A DNA stretch of 64,000 nucleotides from Acidobacteriota bacterium (GCA_965205505.1 CBDBHB010000008.1:1088001-1152000); one strand, 5' to 3'; counted from the first letter of the stretch, positions 1 to 9,598 are shown. Numbers and translations are program-made. The notes: generated by a model from the letters alone, not told the origin.

Positions 1-55
1 GCCCAAGGAGGGACTTGAACCCCCACGGGCCGAAGCCCACCAGGTCCTGAACCTA
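1..55 (-). tRNA. 3' fragment of tRNA-Leu(CAG); probable att-site remnant, not a full tRNA
   Basis: Reverse complement reads CTAGG-TT-CAG-GA-CCTGG (anticodon arm), GTGGGCTTCGGCCCGT (long variable arm), GGGGGTTCAAGTCCCTC (T arm), CTTGGGC (acceptor 3' strand). No D arm or 5' acceptor strand at 56-90. Confidence 0.8.
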
Positions 56-547
56 GTGGGCGGGTGCGGGCGGTGCCCTGTCGGTGTCTCAACGACTGCG
101 TGCGCGGAACGCACACTCAATGACCTGGTCACCCGTCTGGCACCGGAGACGGTCGGCAGGCTTGTTGTGGGGGGCCCGTCGGTCTCCAACGCCCGGCCTG
201 TGGCTCCAGGGTTGCGGCCACAGCAGGGCGTTGGCGGCCCCGCAGCCGTGCTACGGCGGAGTCTAGGTGTGTGCATTCGTGTAACTACCGTGGAGCTAGA
301 TCGCCCGTGGACCGAACGAGAGTTCGAGGGGGGGGAGTCCGACTGGGACCCTTGCGCTCCGGCTGCCGGGACGGCGAGGTTTCACGGGGTCCCGTAGCCC
401 CAACCAGCTCGGGGAAGCGAGGGTTGCCTACACCAGCCGCCACCTGCTCGCTGAGCAGGACGGCGGCTCCGAGGACAACAATCAACACCCAGAGGGCAGA
501 CACCACGGATCCGCGGCGTGACTCCGGACAGGCTCTTCGGCACGGTG

Positions 548-715
548 TGGACTCCTGGACTCGCGTTAGAAGCGAGGCTGGACCCTTTGCGGCACACCAC
601 GGCAAGCTGTGGACCCCGGTGCCGTTGCAAGAAGCGTGTATTTTAGTGAGTCTGGACCCCCAAGAGGACCCCCATAACCATTCTTGGCTCTAGATGTCAT
701 GCTAAATTATTGAAG
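548..715. promoter_or_regulatory. Putative integrase arm-type repeats and IHF-like site next to the tRNA-Thr fragment
   Basis: Direct repeats of (T/A)GGAC(C/T)C at 548, 556, 579, 610, 653 and 665, the last two 12 bp apart. AT-rich TAAATTATTGAAG at 703-715 resembles the IHF consensus on the minus strand. Confidence 0.4.
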
Positions 716-720
716 ACAAA

Positions 721-773
721 GAGCCGGCGCGCGGATTTGAACCGCGGACCTGCTGATTACGAATCAGCTGCTC
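721..773 (-). tRNA. 3' fragment of tRNA-Thr(CGT); probable att core
   Basis: Reverse complement GAGCAGCTGATT-CGT-AATCAGCAGGTCCGCGGTTCAAATCCGCGCGCCGGCTC gives the anticodon arm, T arm and acceptor 3' strand. The 5' strand and D loop are missing at 774-800. Confidence 0.82.
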
Positions 774-949
774 CCGATCGGCACCGTGGGGCCTCCTTCT
801 TCTTCTCGATCTAGGATGTGCGGACTGCCGCATCGTTAGATCGCTGTCAGCTACTGGGTCCGAGACGCTCTTAGTTATCCCTTTCTATAAAATTAGGTCC
901 ATTGCTAATGTTATCCAAAGAGCTAACTGAGTATGGTTTCTTCGAAGCT

Positions 950-1002
950 CCACCGAGCGGCTCGGCGATCTCGTAGGGGCCTAGTTTGGTGCCGGGTTCC
1001 AT
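950..1002 (-). pseudogene. N-terminal stub of a Hanks-type Ser/Thr protein kinase
   Basis: MEPGTKLGPYEIAEPLGG then an abrupt switch to an AT-rich patch (871-950). Matches the common G-T-[RK]-L-G-P-Y-E kinase start. Confidence 0.65.
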
Positions 1003-1033
1003 GGCGTTACCACAGTGGCGTGAATCGTCTCGC

Positions 1034-2287
1034 TCAGAAGGTTTCCTGCTTGAGCTTGAACATATCGGTGAGCTCCGGGCTGCGATCGTCGCCCACGACA
1101 CGGTGGGCGGCGTACTCGCCCATCATGATGCCGTGCTTGTAGCCGTGGCCTGAGCCACCGCCGACGATCCAGACGTTGTCGAGCTCGGGGTGGCGGTCGA
1201 CGATGAAATGGTTGTCGATGCTGTACTCGGTTTGGCACACGCGCGACTCGAGCACCGGCTGGTCGGCAAGAGCCGGGAAGGTGCGCGTCACGAACCGGCG
1301 GGTCTGCTCGATCTCCTCGGCGGTGACGATCCGTTCGCCGGTGTCCGGATCGAACGGGACGTTGTCGAAATAGGGCGCCACCTTCCAGCCGCGGCCCTCG
1401 ATGCTCGGGAAGCCGTAGACGAGCGGCATCCCCCAGGTCGGACAGTTGGGGTAGAGAAACCGGTCATCGTCGCTCGGCACCCCGTACCAGAAGGTGATCC
1501 GCCGCGGGGTGCGCAGCTTCTTCTTCATCACGGAGGGAAACACTTTGGGAAGCCACGGACCGCACGCGAACACGAAGGTGTCAGCCGACACCGACTCGCG
1601 GGTCGAGAGATCGAGCTCCAGCAGCTTGCCTCCGGCTCGCCTACCGAGCTCTGCCCTGGCGGTAGTCAGGGTGCCACCTCCACGTTCGAAGGCGCTGGCA
1701 ACGGCGAAGCAGGCCCGACGCGCCATGAGGACACCGGTGCTGGGGACGTAGAACCCGAACTCGAAGTCCTCGTGATTGAACTGAGGAAAGCGTCGCGACA
1801 GCTCGTCGTGCGGAATCACTTCGTTGTCGATCCCATGGCTGTCGAACACGCTCTTGGAGGCTCGCAGGTACTCGGACCATTGGGGCGCGAGCGTGAGCTG
1901 ACCCGTACGGTAAAAGAGTGGCAACCCGCCCCACTCTCTCTGACGCGCTTCCCACCGGTCGAACGCCTGCATGACCCACCGAGTGTAGATCTCGCGCTCG
2001 CCATACTGGGCGCGGATCTGCCGGGTTTCCCCGCCCGAGGCCGCGCGGGCGTTGCCGGCGCCGTAGGCGTCGATAAGCGTGACCCGGTGCCCCATCTCGC
2101 GCAGGTAAAGCGCCGTCCAGCCGCCGAACGCTCCTGCCCCGATAACCGCTACGTCCGCCGTCGATGTGGCCGCCGACCCGGACGCCTGCACTGGGGTGGC
2201 CGCTGCCTGCGGCGGTCTTGCGCCGCCCAATGCCAGAGCACCAGCCCCGGTCAGCTTGAGGAACGTGCGTCGATCATGTCGTGACAT
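1034..2287 (-). CDS. Tat-signal FAD-dependent amine oxidase, monomeric sarcosine oxidase/DAO family (copy 1)
   Basis: DRRTFLK leader, GAGAFG dinucleotide motif, ASGGETRQIR, CGPW, VCQTEYS (Cys at the covalent-FAD position of MSOX) and GGSGHGYKH. GGAGG RBS upstream. Confidence 0.88.
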   Translation of the reverse strand: MSRHDRRTFLKLTGAGALALGGARPPQAAATPVQASGSAATSTADVAVIGAGAFGGWTALYLREMGHRVTLIDAYGAGNARAASGGETRQIRAQYGEREIYTRWVMQAFDRWEARQREWGGLPLFYRTGQLTLAPQWSEYLRASKSVFDSHGIDNEVIPHDELSRRFPQFNHEDFEFGFYVPSTGVLMARRACFAVASAFERGGGTLTTARAELGRRAGGKLLELDLSTRESVSADTFVFACGPWLPKVFPSVMKKKLRTPRRITFWYGVPSDDDRFLYPNCPTWGMPLVYGFPSIEGRGWKVAPYFDNVPFDPDTGERIVTAEEIEQTRRFVTRTFPALADQPVLESRVCQTEYSIDNHFIVDRHPELDNVWIVGGGSGHGYKHGIMMGEYAAHRVVGDDRSPELTDMFKLKQETF

Positions 2288-2315
2288 GGCGCCCTCCGCG
2301 GTTGGCGATGATGGC

Positions 2316-2402
2316 CTCGCGTGCCCGGTACACCTCGCCCATGCCGCCAGCGCCGAGCTGCTCGACGACTTCGTAGGGGCCTAGTCGAGTGCCAGGGTCC
2401 AT
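2316..2402 (-). pseudogene. N-terminal stub of a Hanks-type Ser/Thr protein kinase
   Basis: MDPGTRLGPYEVVEQLGAGGMGEVYRAR (subdomain I glycine loop), breaking off directly into the RBS region of the oxidase gene. Confidence 0.8.
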
Positions 2403-2489
2403 GGCGCTACCACAAGGGGTGGGTGAGCGCCTGAAGACTACAGCTGGGGGACGCGAGGGTCCACGGGTGGGACCGCAATGGATGCCTCT

Positions 2490-2595
2490 CAGCGCCCTTC
2501 TAACGTTCACGGGCACACAGCCCGCCCAAGTGCCGAGGCTGCCGACGGCTCGTAGCCGGGCGTTCTTGGAGCCTCTAAGAAGGCACATGACTGGT
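2490..2595. repeat. Diverged ~105 bp intergenic direct repeat, copy A
   Basis: Aligns almost without gaps to 4341-4445. Shared CAGCGCCCTTCTAACGT...GAGGCTG...CGTAGC.GGGC.TTCT...CTAAG.AG.CA.ATGA.TGGT. Confidence 0.75.
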
Positions 2596-2952
2596 ACCAC
2601 AGAACGCCTAGCGCCACACACACGTCTCTATCCCGCCACGGTCTGGCAACGGGCTAATCGCACGCAAATCACCCCCCGACAGGCCCTCGCTTTCCCCACA
2701 CGGCGGCAGCAGTCTGTCCGGGCGGACCCTCTGCTACCAGGCCGGGAGTCTCACAGTCAGTTTTCGATCGTCACCAATGGATCAGTTTGCATCGGCGCTA
2801 GCAACCTCAACGAGACCCAGCCATGATGGGTTGACAGACGGTCATTGAAATCGAGTTTCAGTCAGGAACGCCTTGTCTGCATCTGAGAGTTTCTGAAGAA
2901 TGAGAACAAGCTGGACAAGGTTAGTCACGTTCTAGTCAATGCTCGGGTCGTC

Positions 2953-4200
2953 ATGCCATCAGCTCATATCGCACGACGCCGATATCTAGCTGCACTGGTC
3001 CTGTGCGGGCTGGTCCTGACGACAGCCAGGGCTGAGGCGCGCACCCACTTCACCGTTCTCGAGGACGGCTCGATCCAGGTCGAGATCTACGCCTACGTGT
3101 GGGGGCCCGGCGCATCGCCGGAGCTGGCGGCGCGCTGGAAGCGCGCCATGGACGAGTTCTGGAATAAGCTGGCCGCCCTGCATTCGTGCCGTCCCATACG
3201 CTTTGTCTCATACGTCCAGTACACGGAGGCAGGGTCCGATATCGAGCTGCCGCCCGAAGATATGCTGGGCAACCTGGTTGCCGGTCTCGCGACGCCGGAG
3301 GGCTGGGACACTATCTACGTTCCCGACGCCAGCGACGCCGACTATCGCGCAAACGTCTTGCCGTTTGGCTACAGCCTGCTGTACGGCTGGCAGCACGACG
3401 AGTGGGACGACGACAACTTCGTCGACGACAACTTCGTCGACGACAACTACGGTTGGATGCCCAACGGGATCGACGACGACGTGGTCGCGCACGAGGGTGG
3501 CCACCTACTTGGTTTGGCGGATCGCTATACGGATCGGATCGACGCCGACGGCAACACGGTGTCGGTCCCCGATCGCGGCTGGGAAAATACAATCATGGCC
3601 GATCGGGACGTGGCGATGGGGAATCCGAAGCATGCCGAGGCCTTCGACGAGATGATCCGCGAAGCCGAGGAGCAGCTCGGAATCGACATCCCGGCCTGCC
3701 TGCGCTTCACCATCGAGCTCGAGGCGACGCAGTTCGATATGCCCAACCGCTGCACCGTCGACGAGCTGGACGTCAACCTCGGCGTGAGCATCGGTGCCGA
3801 CAGCGGCTACACGCACGGCTCGGGCACGATGCGGTGGCGCGAGCGCAGGCGCTGCGAGGGGACCTACCTCGACCACCACTCAACGATCAATCCAGTGATC
3901 GTCATGGTCGAGACCGAGCTGCAGCAAGCCGGCGGACGATCCGGCTACGTGGTGCGGCTTGTCTCCCAAGACGAGACTAGTACGAGGCTGACCAGCGGCC
4001 AGACCGCGCAAGTCCAGGGTACGCTCAATGGCTTCCTCGCTGCCTGTCCGCTGCCGCAACTCGGCGGCACGCTCGCCGAGTTCTTCTATACCGACCGCAT
4101 AGAGGACGGCGCATCCTATCGTTGCACAATCAACTTGGACCGGCGGAGCTTCCGAGCGGAGGGTAGCGCCACACTGTGGGTGTGGATGGACCGCCATTAA
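2953..4200 (+). CDS. Secreted zinc metalloprotease-like protein (metzincin-type motif)
   Basis: Signal peptide ending AEA, HEGGHLLGLADRY (HExxHxxGxxD) and downstream NTIM Met-turn. Confidence 0.72.
   Translation: MPSAHIARRRYLAALVLCGLVLTTARAEARTHFTVLEDGSIQVEIYAYVWGPGASPELAARWKRAMDEFWNKLAALHSCRPIRFVSYVQYTEAGSDIELPPEDMLGNLVAGLATPEGWDTIYVPDASDADYRANVLPFGYSLLYGWQHDEWDDDNFVDDNFVDDNYGWMPNGIDDDVVAHEGGHLLGLADRYTDRIDADGNTVSVPDRGWENTIMADRDVAMGNPKHAEAFDEMIREAEEQLGIDIPACLRFTIELEATQFDMPNRCTVDELDVNLGVSIGADSGYTHGSGTMRWRERRRCEGTYLDHHSTINPVIVMVETELQQAGGRSGYVVRLVSQDETSTRLTSGQTAQVQGTLNGFLAACPLPQLGGTLAEFFYTDRIEDGASYRCTINLDRRSFRAEGSATLWVWMDRH
3409..3448 (+). repeat. In-frame 15 bp tandem repeat (DDNFV x2 plus partial)
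   Basis: GACGACAACTTCGTC twice, then GACGACAACT. Confidence 0.9.
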
Positions 4201-4340
4201 GGGCGTTGGTCCATGGCTCGGAGCTGAGGCCAGACCCGCCTCGTACTCAGGCCAATTTCGGAAGCCCAGATCGAGACTTGTCAGGTCGCTCAAATCGTTC
4301 TCTGACGAAAGCCCCCTGCCGGGATTCATCGCGGCCCCCC

Positions 4341-4445
4341 CAGCGCCCTTCTAACGTCCAAGGCGCACAACTCCCGAACCCGTGGAGGCTGTCGGCGGCC
4401 CGTAGCGGGGCCTTCTCGGGCCTCCTAAGCAGACATATGATTGGT
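4341..4445. repeat. Diverged ~105 bp intergenic direct repeat, copy B
   Basis: Homologous to 2490-2595. The two copies bracket the metalloprotease gene. Confidence 0.75.
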
Positions 4446-4515
4446 GTCTGCTCTGGCATCGCGGACGGGGGGAATCGAAGGTCGCTGAGTGGCTCGCGAG
4501 ACTCGGCTGGTAACG

Positions 4516-4590
4516 CTACGGGTCCGTAGGCACGAGCCGCTTCAGCTCGTCGAACCGGTTGGTAACCAGCGTCACATGGCCGCCGGTGGT
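4516..4590 (-). pseudogene. C-terminal remnant of a PD40-bearing Ser/Thr kinase
   Basis: Translates to TTGGHVTLVTNRFDELKRLVPTDP*, matching the V-x-N-W-F-[DE]-E-L-K-R-L-V-P terminus of such kinases with a TGG to CGG change. Not in the ORF track. Confidence 0.6.
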
Positions 4591-5110
4591 CTGGCGCACT
4601 GGCTAGTGCCGGGGGAACGACACGAAACGCTGACAACGACTATCGCACGGTCCCCAAGAGACCCAAGTTTCGCGGGTCGCCGCCAGTCCTAGCGGGAGGC
4701 GAGCCCCAGCATAGCGACCCGCATGCCTGAGCCTAGTCCGACGGGCTCGGTGCGACCTGACACAGGCTGACACCGTGGTCTTCGGAGCCTTGAAGCGCGG
4801 CCGCGCTCCTTCGCGAACTCGTTCGCGTCGCAGACAAGCGCCTGGGGCTCGGGGGGTTGGGAGTCCTGCCCAAGGCGCAGGTTTCCTTCCTCCTGCACGT
4901 CCGTGCCCACTTCCAGTTATAAAAAGTGCTGTGCTGCCATCATTGTCATCAAAGAATAATGTCAGTAATGAAAGATAGTTTACACACCTTAAAAGACACT
5001 ATTACGTTGTCTAAGTTATGTAACCACGCAAGACATCAGAAACGCGGCACCTGCAACAGTTCGGCCTGTAGCAGATTCTCGCAACGCAACACTCGAAGGA
5101 GGAAGGCATC

Positions 5111-6247
5111 GTGAGACGGATTACGTCCCTTGTTACCGCAGCTTCGGTGTTGTTGCTCGCCACAGCGACCATAGCCGACCATTTAGTCGTGCCGGGCATA
5201 AGCATCAAACAGCTCGACGAGGCAGACTTCCATACCCTGTTCCCTAGCAGCCCTATTTGTGCGCTGGGAGTTCTTCTACTCCCCGGCTTCGAACTCAGTA
5301 ACCCTGATGACACATTGTATACGGACGGTGATACAGTCGCCCGAATCCAGTCGGCTGTGTATGAAGGTACGGGGGCTGCTGCTGGCCTCTTCGCCTATGC
5401 GTACCAGAGCGATTGCACCGGTGGGAATGTGGCACCCTACACCGTCGAGTTCCCACTCGCCGGCGCGACCCTGCATGCAACGAGCGGTGGTCTGAGTACC
5501 GAGCCCCTCACCTACATATCCACCCATTTCAATTCGCCGGTGCCCTTTGAGCCCCTCCCACGCACCCTCTTCACCGGCAACCTTGCCAACTTCAACCTGT
5601 CGGAGTTTGGTGGGTCTTACGGGATCGGCGGCGACACCGCGGCTGGATGGACGGACGCCAGACAGGTGGGCGATTTGGTTGAGGGCATCTCGACAACTGA
5701 TAACTTCTGGTCTAGCTCGATCCTTCTTTTCGTGACCGACCGGCCGCCGGTCGTCAGCCACGCCACGGTGACCGCTGGCATAGCCGCCGGCCAGCCCAAT
5801 ACGGTGGCCGCGTGCCTGCCCCAGCCGGGAGTCGGGCCCGCACCGGGTCTGCCTCCAGGTGACATCATCGTCGAGCCGACAGATGAGATAGGCGAGGTAA
5901 CAAGCGTCAAAGTTGACATAAAGCCCGGCAGCGACCCGAATGCCCTCAACACCAAGCGCCGCGGTCAGCTGCCCATCGGTATCTACGGCTCCGCCACCTT
6001 CGATGTGCGCGAGATAGATCTTTCCACTCTCATGGTTGAGTGCATGGGCAGCACTTCAGTCGGTATTCGCTTCGCGTTTGAGGATCTGGTCGTAGAAGAC
6101 GGGTTCCTTGATCTGATCCTTCACGTTCCAGTGGAGTCCTTCCCATGGGGCGCGCCCAGAGGCGCGCTGGTTACTCTCACGGTATCGGGCCTCCTCTATG
6201 ATGGAACGCCGTTCGTCGGAGAAGATGTCGTAATGGTCGTCAAATAG
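5111..6247 (+). CDS. Exported hypothetical protein with C-terminal 'DIKPGSDPN' domain
   Basis: AGGAGG RBS, signal peptide, Pro/Gly linker, then VDIKPGSDPNALN...GQLPIGIYGS...DGFLDLILH. AT-rich promoter-like region at 4915-5030. Confidence 0.75.
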   Translation: MRRITSLVTAASVLLLATATIADHLVVPGISIKQLDEADFHTLFPSSPICALGVLLLPGFELSNPDDTLYTDGDTVARIQSAVYEGTGAAAGLFAYAYQSDCTGGNVAPYTVEFPLAGATLHATSGGLSTEPLTYISTHFNSPVPFEPLPRTLFTGNLANFNLSEFGGSYGIGGDTAAGWTDARQVGDLVEGISTTDNFWSSSILLFVTDRPPVVSHATVTAGIAAGQPNTVAACLPQPGVGPAPGLPPGDIIVEPTDEIGEVTSVKVDIKPGSDPNALNTKRRGQLPIGIYGSATFDVREIDLSTLMVECMGSTSVGIRFAFEDLVVEDGFLDLILHVPVESFPWGAPRGALVTLTVSGLLYDGTPFVGEDVVMVVK

Positions 6248-6306
6248 AGATGGCGGCCTCGACGAGCTCGAGGCGATTCCGGGTTCGCTCCTCTGCCGGG
6301 CAGCTC

Positions 6307-6440
6307 TATCGGGAAGACAATCGCCAGGATCTTGTCGGCAACGCTACGGCCTCCCATTGCCAGCCAGACCGCCAGGCACACGAGCACGTTGCAGAGAATA
6401 CCGCGACCTAACTAACGCGGCGACGAACGAGAGTGCCGCC
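6307..6440 (-). pseudogene. Internal fragment of a formate/nitrite transporter (FocA/NirC family)
   Basis: ALSFVAALVR, frameshift, then RGILCNVLVCLAVWLAMGGRSVADKILAIVFPI (FNT signature G-I-x-C-N-x-L-V-C-L-A-V-W). No start or remainder nearby. Confidence 0.75.
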
Positions 6441-6662
6441 GACCCGCGAGCGGCGAGTACAGCCCTGAGCTTCTCGGAAGACACGTTGCGTCGACGCCGG
6501 AGGCACACGGAGTGTCTTCGTCCCATGTCGCCCGGCACCGGAACGATGTAGGCTCGTCTTGGCTCGAGCACCGCGGACCGGACGCCTACGGTCGATGAGG
6601 CTCGGGATCGGAGTGAGCCCAACGCGGAGGCCGCTCCTGCTTCGGATGGCAAGAGAGGATCG

Positions 6663-7889
6663 ATGATCGCTCTCGGAGATCTTCGTCGATACTTCGTCGG
6701 GACCGCGACCATCGGCGCGTGCCTCGCCTGCGTTTTCCTCGCCGCTGTCGAGAGTGCCGTTGCCGAGAGCGCCGTTGCCGAGACGCGCGGCTACGTGATC
6801 GCGATGGTTCACACGGCGACCTACGCAGACGCCGACACTTGTCCCATGGGCGGCAACGGGGGGCCGGTCGAGCTCCGGACACGACGCCTGATGGGCACCG
6901 GCTACAGCGAGGCGGAGGCCCTCGCGATCGTCGCCAATGAGGGACGGGACGCCGAGGGGAAACGGGTGGAGGCGGCGGAGCTGTTCGGCAGTTTTGCCCT
7001 CGGGCAGGGCTGGGGCGGTCTCGAGGTCAACCCGGGCAACGCCCCGTATCTGCTGCCGGACCCACACATCGAAACGGCGCAGGGCCGGTTCGCGCCTGGC
7101 TTCAATCTCGACGGTCGGGCGGACCCCGATGACTTCGAAGATCCGGAGACCCACGAGAAGGGCGTCGACAACGAGATATGGCGGGTTATCGGCTGCTTCG
7201 ACACGTTCCATGTCAGAAAGCCTGTCCGGGCGTACAACGAGAACATCACCTGGGATGCGGTGCTCGACGGGATGCCGGCGTGGCTGATCTCCGTTTCCGG
7301 CGAGGATCTCAGCCGCGACGGGGATGTGACGGTGACATTCGACCGGGCACTGAACGTCGCTCTGCGCGACGCGACCGGCGGTCTCTTGTCTGGCGCGACC
7401 TACACGATCGATCCCGATCCACGCTCGCACAGCGTGTTCAGGGGACGTATCGACAACCGGGTATTGACCATCGAGCCGGGGGACTTCTCGATGCAGGGAG
7501 AGTCGCAGTTCTACGCGATTCTCCGTCTTACTCACACCCACCTGCGTCTTCAGATGCTGCCCGACGGGAGCGTGACGGGACTCCTCGGGGGCTACCAGCC
7601 CTGGTCTGATTACTATCAGTGGCTGGCCGTTCGCGGAGAAACCGACGGGCAGATCGATCTGCCGGGCGTCTATTACGCCATGAAGCGCCTCGCCGACGGC
7701 GTGCCCGATCCGGCGACCGGTGAGAACACCGCCATCTCGGCCACCTACTGGCTGGAGGCCGTACCGGCGTTCCACACCGAGTTGTCGGGCGGCGTGGTGA
7801 GCGTCGCAGTGGGGCCAGGGCCGAAGCTCAGTGGCCCGGCAGCGATCCAAATCGTGTCGCCGCCGGGCGAGACGGAAGCGCAGCAGTGA
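6663..7889 (+). CDS. Exported hypothetical protein, first gene of the DUF1592/DUF1552 operon
   Basis: 408 aa ORF with AGAGGA RBS, hydrophobic leader, AESAV tandem duplication and GTGA overlap with the next gene. Confidence 0.75.
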   Translation: MIALGDLRRYFVGTATIGACLACVFLAAVESAVAESAVAETRGYVIAMVHTATYADADTCPMGGNGGPVELRTRRLMGTGYSEAEALAIVANEGRDAEGKRVEAAELFGSFALGQGWGGLEVNPGNAPYLLPDPHIETAQGRFAPGFNLDGRADPDDFEDPETHEKGVDNEIWRVIGCFDTFHVRKPVRAYNENITWDAVLDGMPAWLISVSGEDLSRDGDVTVTFDRALNVALRDATGGLLSGATYTIDPDPRSHSVFRGRIDNRVLTIEPGDFSMQGESQFYAILRLTHTHLRLQMLPDGSVTGLLGGYQPWSDYYQWLAVRGETDGQIDLPGVYYAMKRLADGVPDPATGENTAISATYWLEAVPAFHTELSGGVVSVAVGPGPKLSGPAAIQIVSPPGETEAQQ

Positions 7890-9598
7890 CAACCGACTCG
7901 GCGACAGCAGGTCGCGCTGCAACACGTACGGGACGCTGCCCCCCCGCGCCCTGTCGGCGGCGACACCGTCGCCGGCTGTCGATACGGCGGATGTTGCCGC
8001 TCGCCCTGGGGTTTCTACTAGTAGCCCCCGCTGCGTCCCCGGCGCCGAATCCCCCCGGAGACTTGAGCTTCGTTCGTCTGACGGAGTCGCAGTACCGGCG
8101 GGCCATCCACGACATCTTCGGCGACAGCATCCGTGTTGACGACAGCGCCGTCGATCGCGGCGCCCGCGAAGGCGGGCTGCTGGCGATCGGAGCCCGAAAG
8201 CTGACGCTGAGCGCAGCCGAGCTCGAGCGCTCCGAGGCGCTCGCGCAACGAATCGCCGAGCAAGTGATTGATCCGCGACGCCGCGCAACCCTGATTCCCT
8301 GCACACCGAACGACGCGGGTATACCGGACGACGCGTGCGCCACGCGGTTCGTCACCCGGGTGGGGCTGTTTCTGTTCCGCCGTCCGCTCGAGGACGGCGA
8401 GGTTCGCGCGTATGTCGCCATGGCGAATGCCGCGACGCACACCCTCGACGACTTCTATGCCGGCTTGCGTGCGTCACTGGTCGGGATGCTCGTCGCCCCC
8501 GACTTCCTGCTTCGCCTCGAGCGCTCCGAGCCGGACCCCGACCGACCGGGAACGATGCGGTTGGACGCCTATTCGCGGGCCGCGCGGCTCAGCTTCTTTC
8601 TCTGGGACAGCACACCGGACGGTGAGCTGATCGAGGCGGCGCGATCCGGCGAGCTGCTCACGCCGGAGGGATTGAGCCGACAGGTCGAGCGACTGCTCAA
8701 CTCGCCGCGCCTGGAGAATGGCCTGCGCGCGTTCTTCTCGGACATGCTGGGGTTCGACGAGTTCGCAACGTTGACCGTCGACTCGAGCCTTTATCCCAAG
8801 TTCACCAAGAATGTCGAGGACGACGCCCGAGAGCAGACCCTCCGCACGATCGTCGACCAGCTGTTGCACAAGAACCGCGACTACCGAGAGCTGCTCGTTA
8901 CCCGCGAGACTTTCCTGACGCCCTCGCTCGCCGCCATCTACGGTGTGCCGCTGGCGCGATCGCAGGAGATGGGCGGGGCTGTACCGTGGGTTCCCTACCG
9001 CTTTGCGGATGACGACCCGCGAGTCGGCCTGCTGACGCACGTGAGCTTCCTGTCCCTGCACTCCCATCCCGGGACCACGTCGCCGACGCTGCGAGGCCAG
9101 GCGGTGCGCGAGAACCTTCTGTGCCAGATCGTGCCGCCGCCGCCCGGGGACGTCGATTTCAGCTTCGTCCAGGACACCAACAACCCCGACTTCAAGACCG
9201 TGCGCCAGCGCTTGTCGGTGCATCGGGAGAATCCGACGTGCGCCGGCTGCCACAGCCTCACCGATCCGATCGGCCTCACGCTCGAGGTGTTCGACACCTC
9301 CGGCGTCTACCGCACGACCGAGAACGGAGCGCCCATCGACCCGAGCGGCGAGCTCAACGGAAAGCCGTACGAGGAGATCACCGGTCTCGTGGAGATCCTC
9401 CGGCAAGAGCCGGCGGCAACGTCCTGTTTGATCAACCGGGCCTTTTCCTACGGCGCCGCCAGAACACCGACGCGGGATGAGCGCGCCTGGCTCGACGAGC
9501 TGACGTCGGAGCTGCGACGCGACGGCGTGAGGTGGCGCAACCTGATGCGTCGCATCACGCAGCAGCCCGACTTCTACACCCTCGGTACCGACGCCTGA
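7886..9598 (+). CDS. DUF1587/DUF1595/DUF1592/DUF1588/DUF1585 domain protein with c-type haem motif (start may be 7991)
   Basis: RLTESQYRRAIHDIFG, ARLSFFLWDSTPD, TSPTLRG, LLCQIVPPPP and CAGCH (CxxCH). Confidence 0.85.
   Translation: MTTDSATAGRAATRTGRCPPAPCRRRHRRRLSIRRMLPLALGFLLVAPAASPAPNPPGDLSFVRLTESQYRRAIHDIFGDSIRVDDSAVDRGAREGGLLAIGARKLTLSAAELERSEALAQRIAEQVIDPRRRATLIPCTPNDAGIPDDACATRFVTRVGLFLFRRPLEDGEVRAYVAMANAATHTLDDFYAGLRASLVGMLVAPDFLLRLERSEPDPDRPGTMRLDAYSRAARLSFFLWDSTPDGELIEAARSGELLTPEGLSRQVERLLNSPRLENGLRAFFSDMLGFDEFATLTVDSSLYPKFTKNVEDDAREQTLRTIVDQLLHKNRDYRELLVTRETFLTPSLAAIYGVPLARSQEMGGAVPWVPYRFADDDPRVGLLTHVSFLSLHSHPGTTSPTLRGQAVRENLLCQIVPPPPGDVDFSFVQDTNNPDFKTVRQRLSVHRENPTCAGCHSLTDPIGLTLEVFDTSGVYRTTENGAPIDPSGELNGKPYEEITGLVEILRQEPAATSCLINRAFSYGAARTPTRDERAWLDELTSELRRDGVRWRNLMRRITQQPDFYTLGTDA

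Noticed and set aside
56-693. Short overlapping ORFs between the tRNA fragments
   Set aside because: No recognisable motif or RBS and no integrase residues, so treated as non-coding.
2490-4445. Integron attC interpretation of the 105 bp repeat
   Set aside because: TTCTAAC is present but there is no complementary GTTRRRY end, no long hairpin and no intI gene.
6408-8306. 632 aa minus-strand ORF
   Set aside because: Antisense shadow of well-supported plus-strand genes in high-GC DNA, with no motifs.
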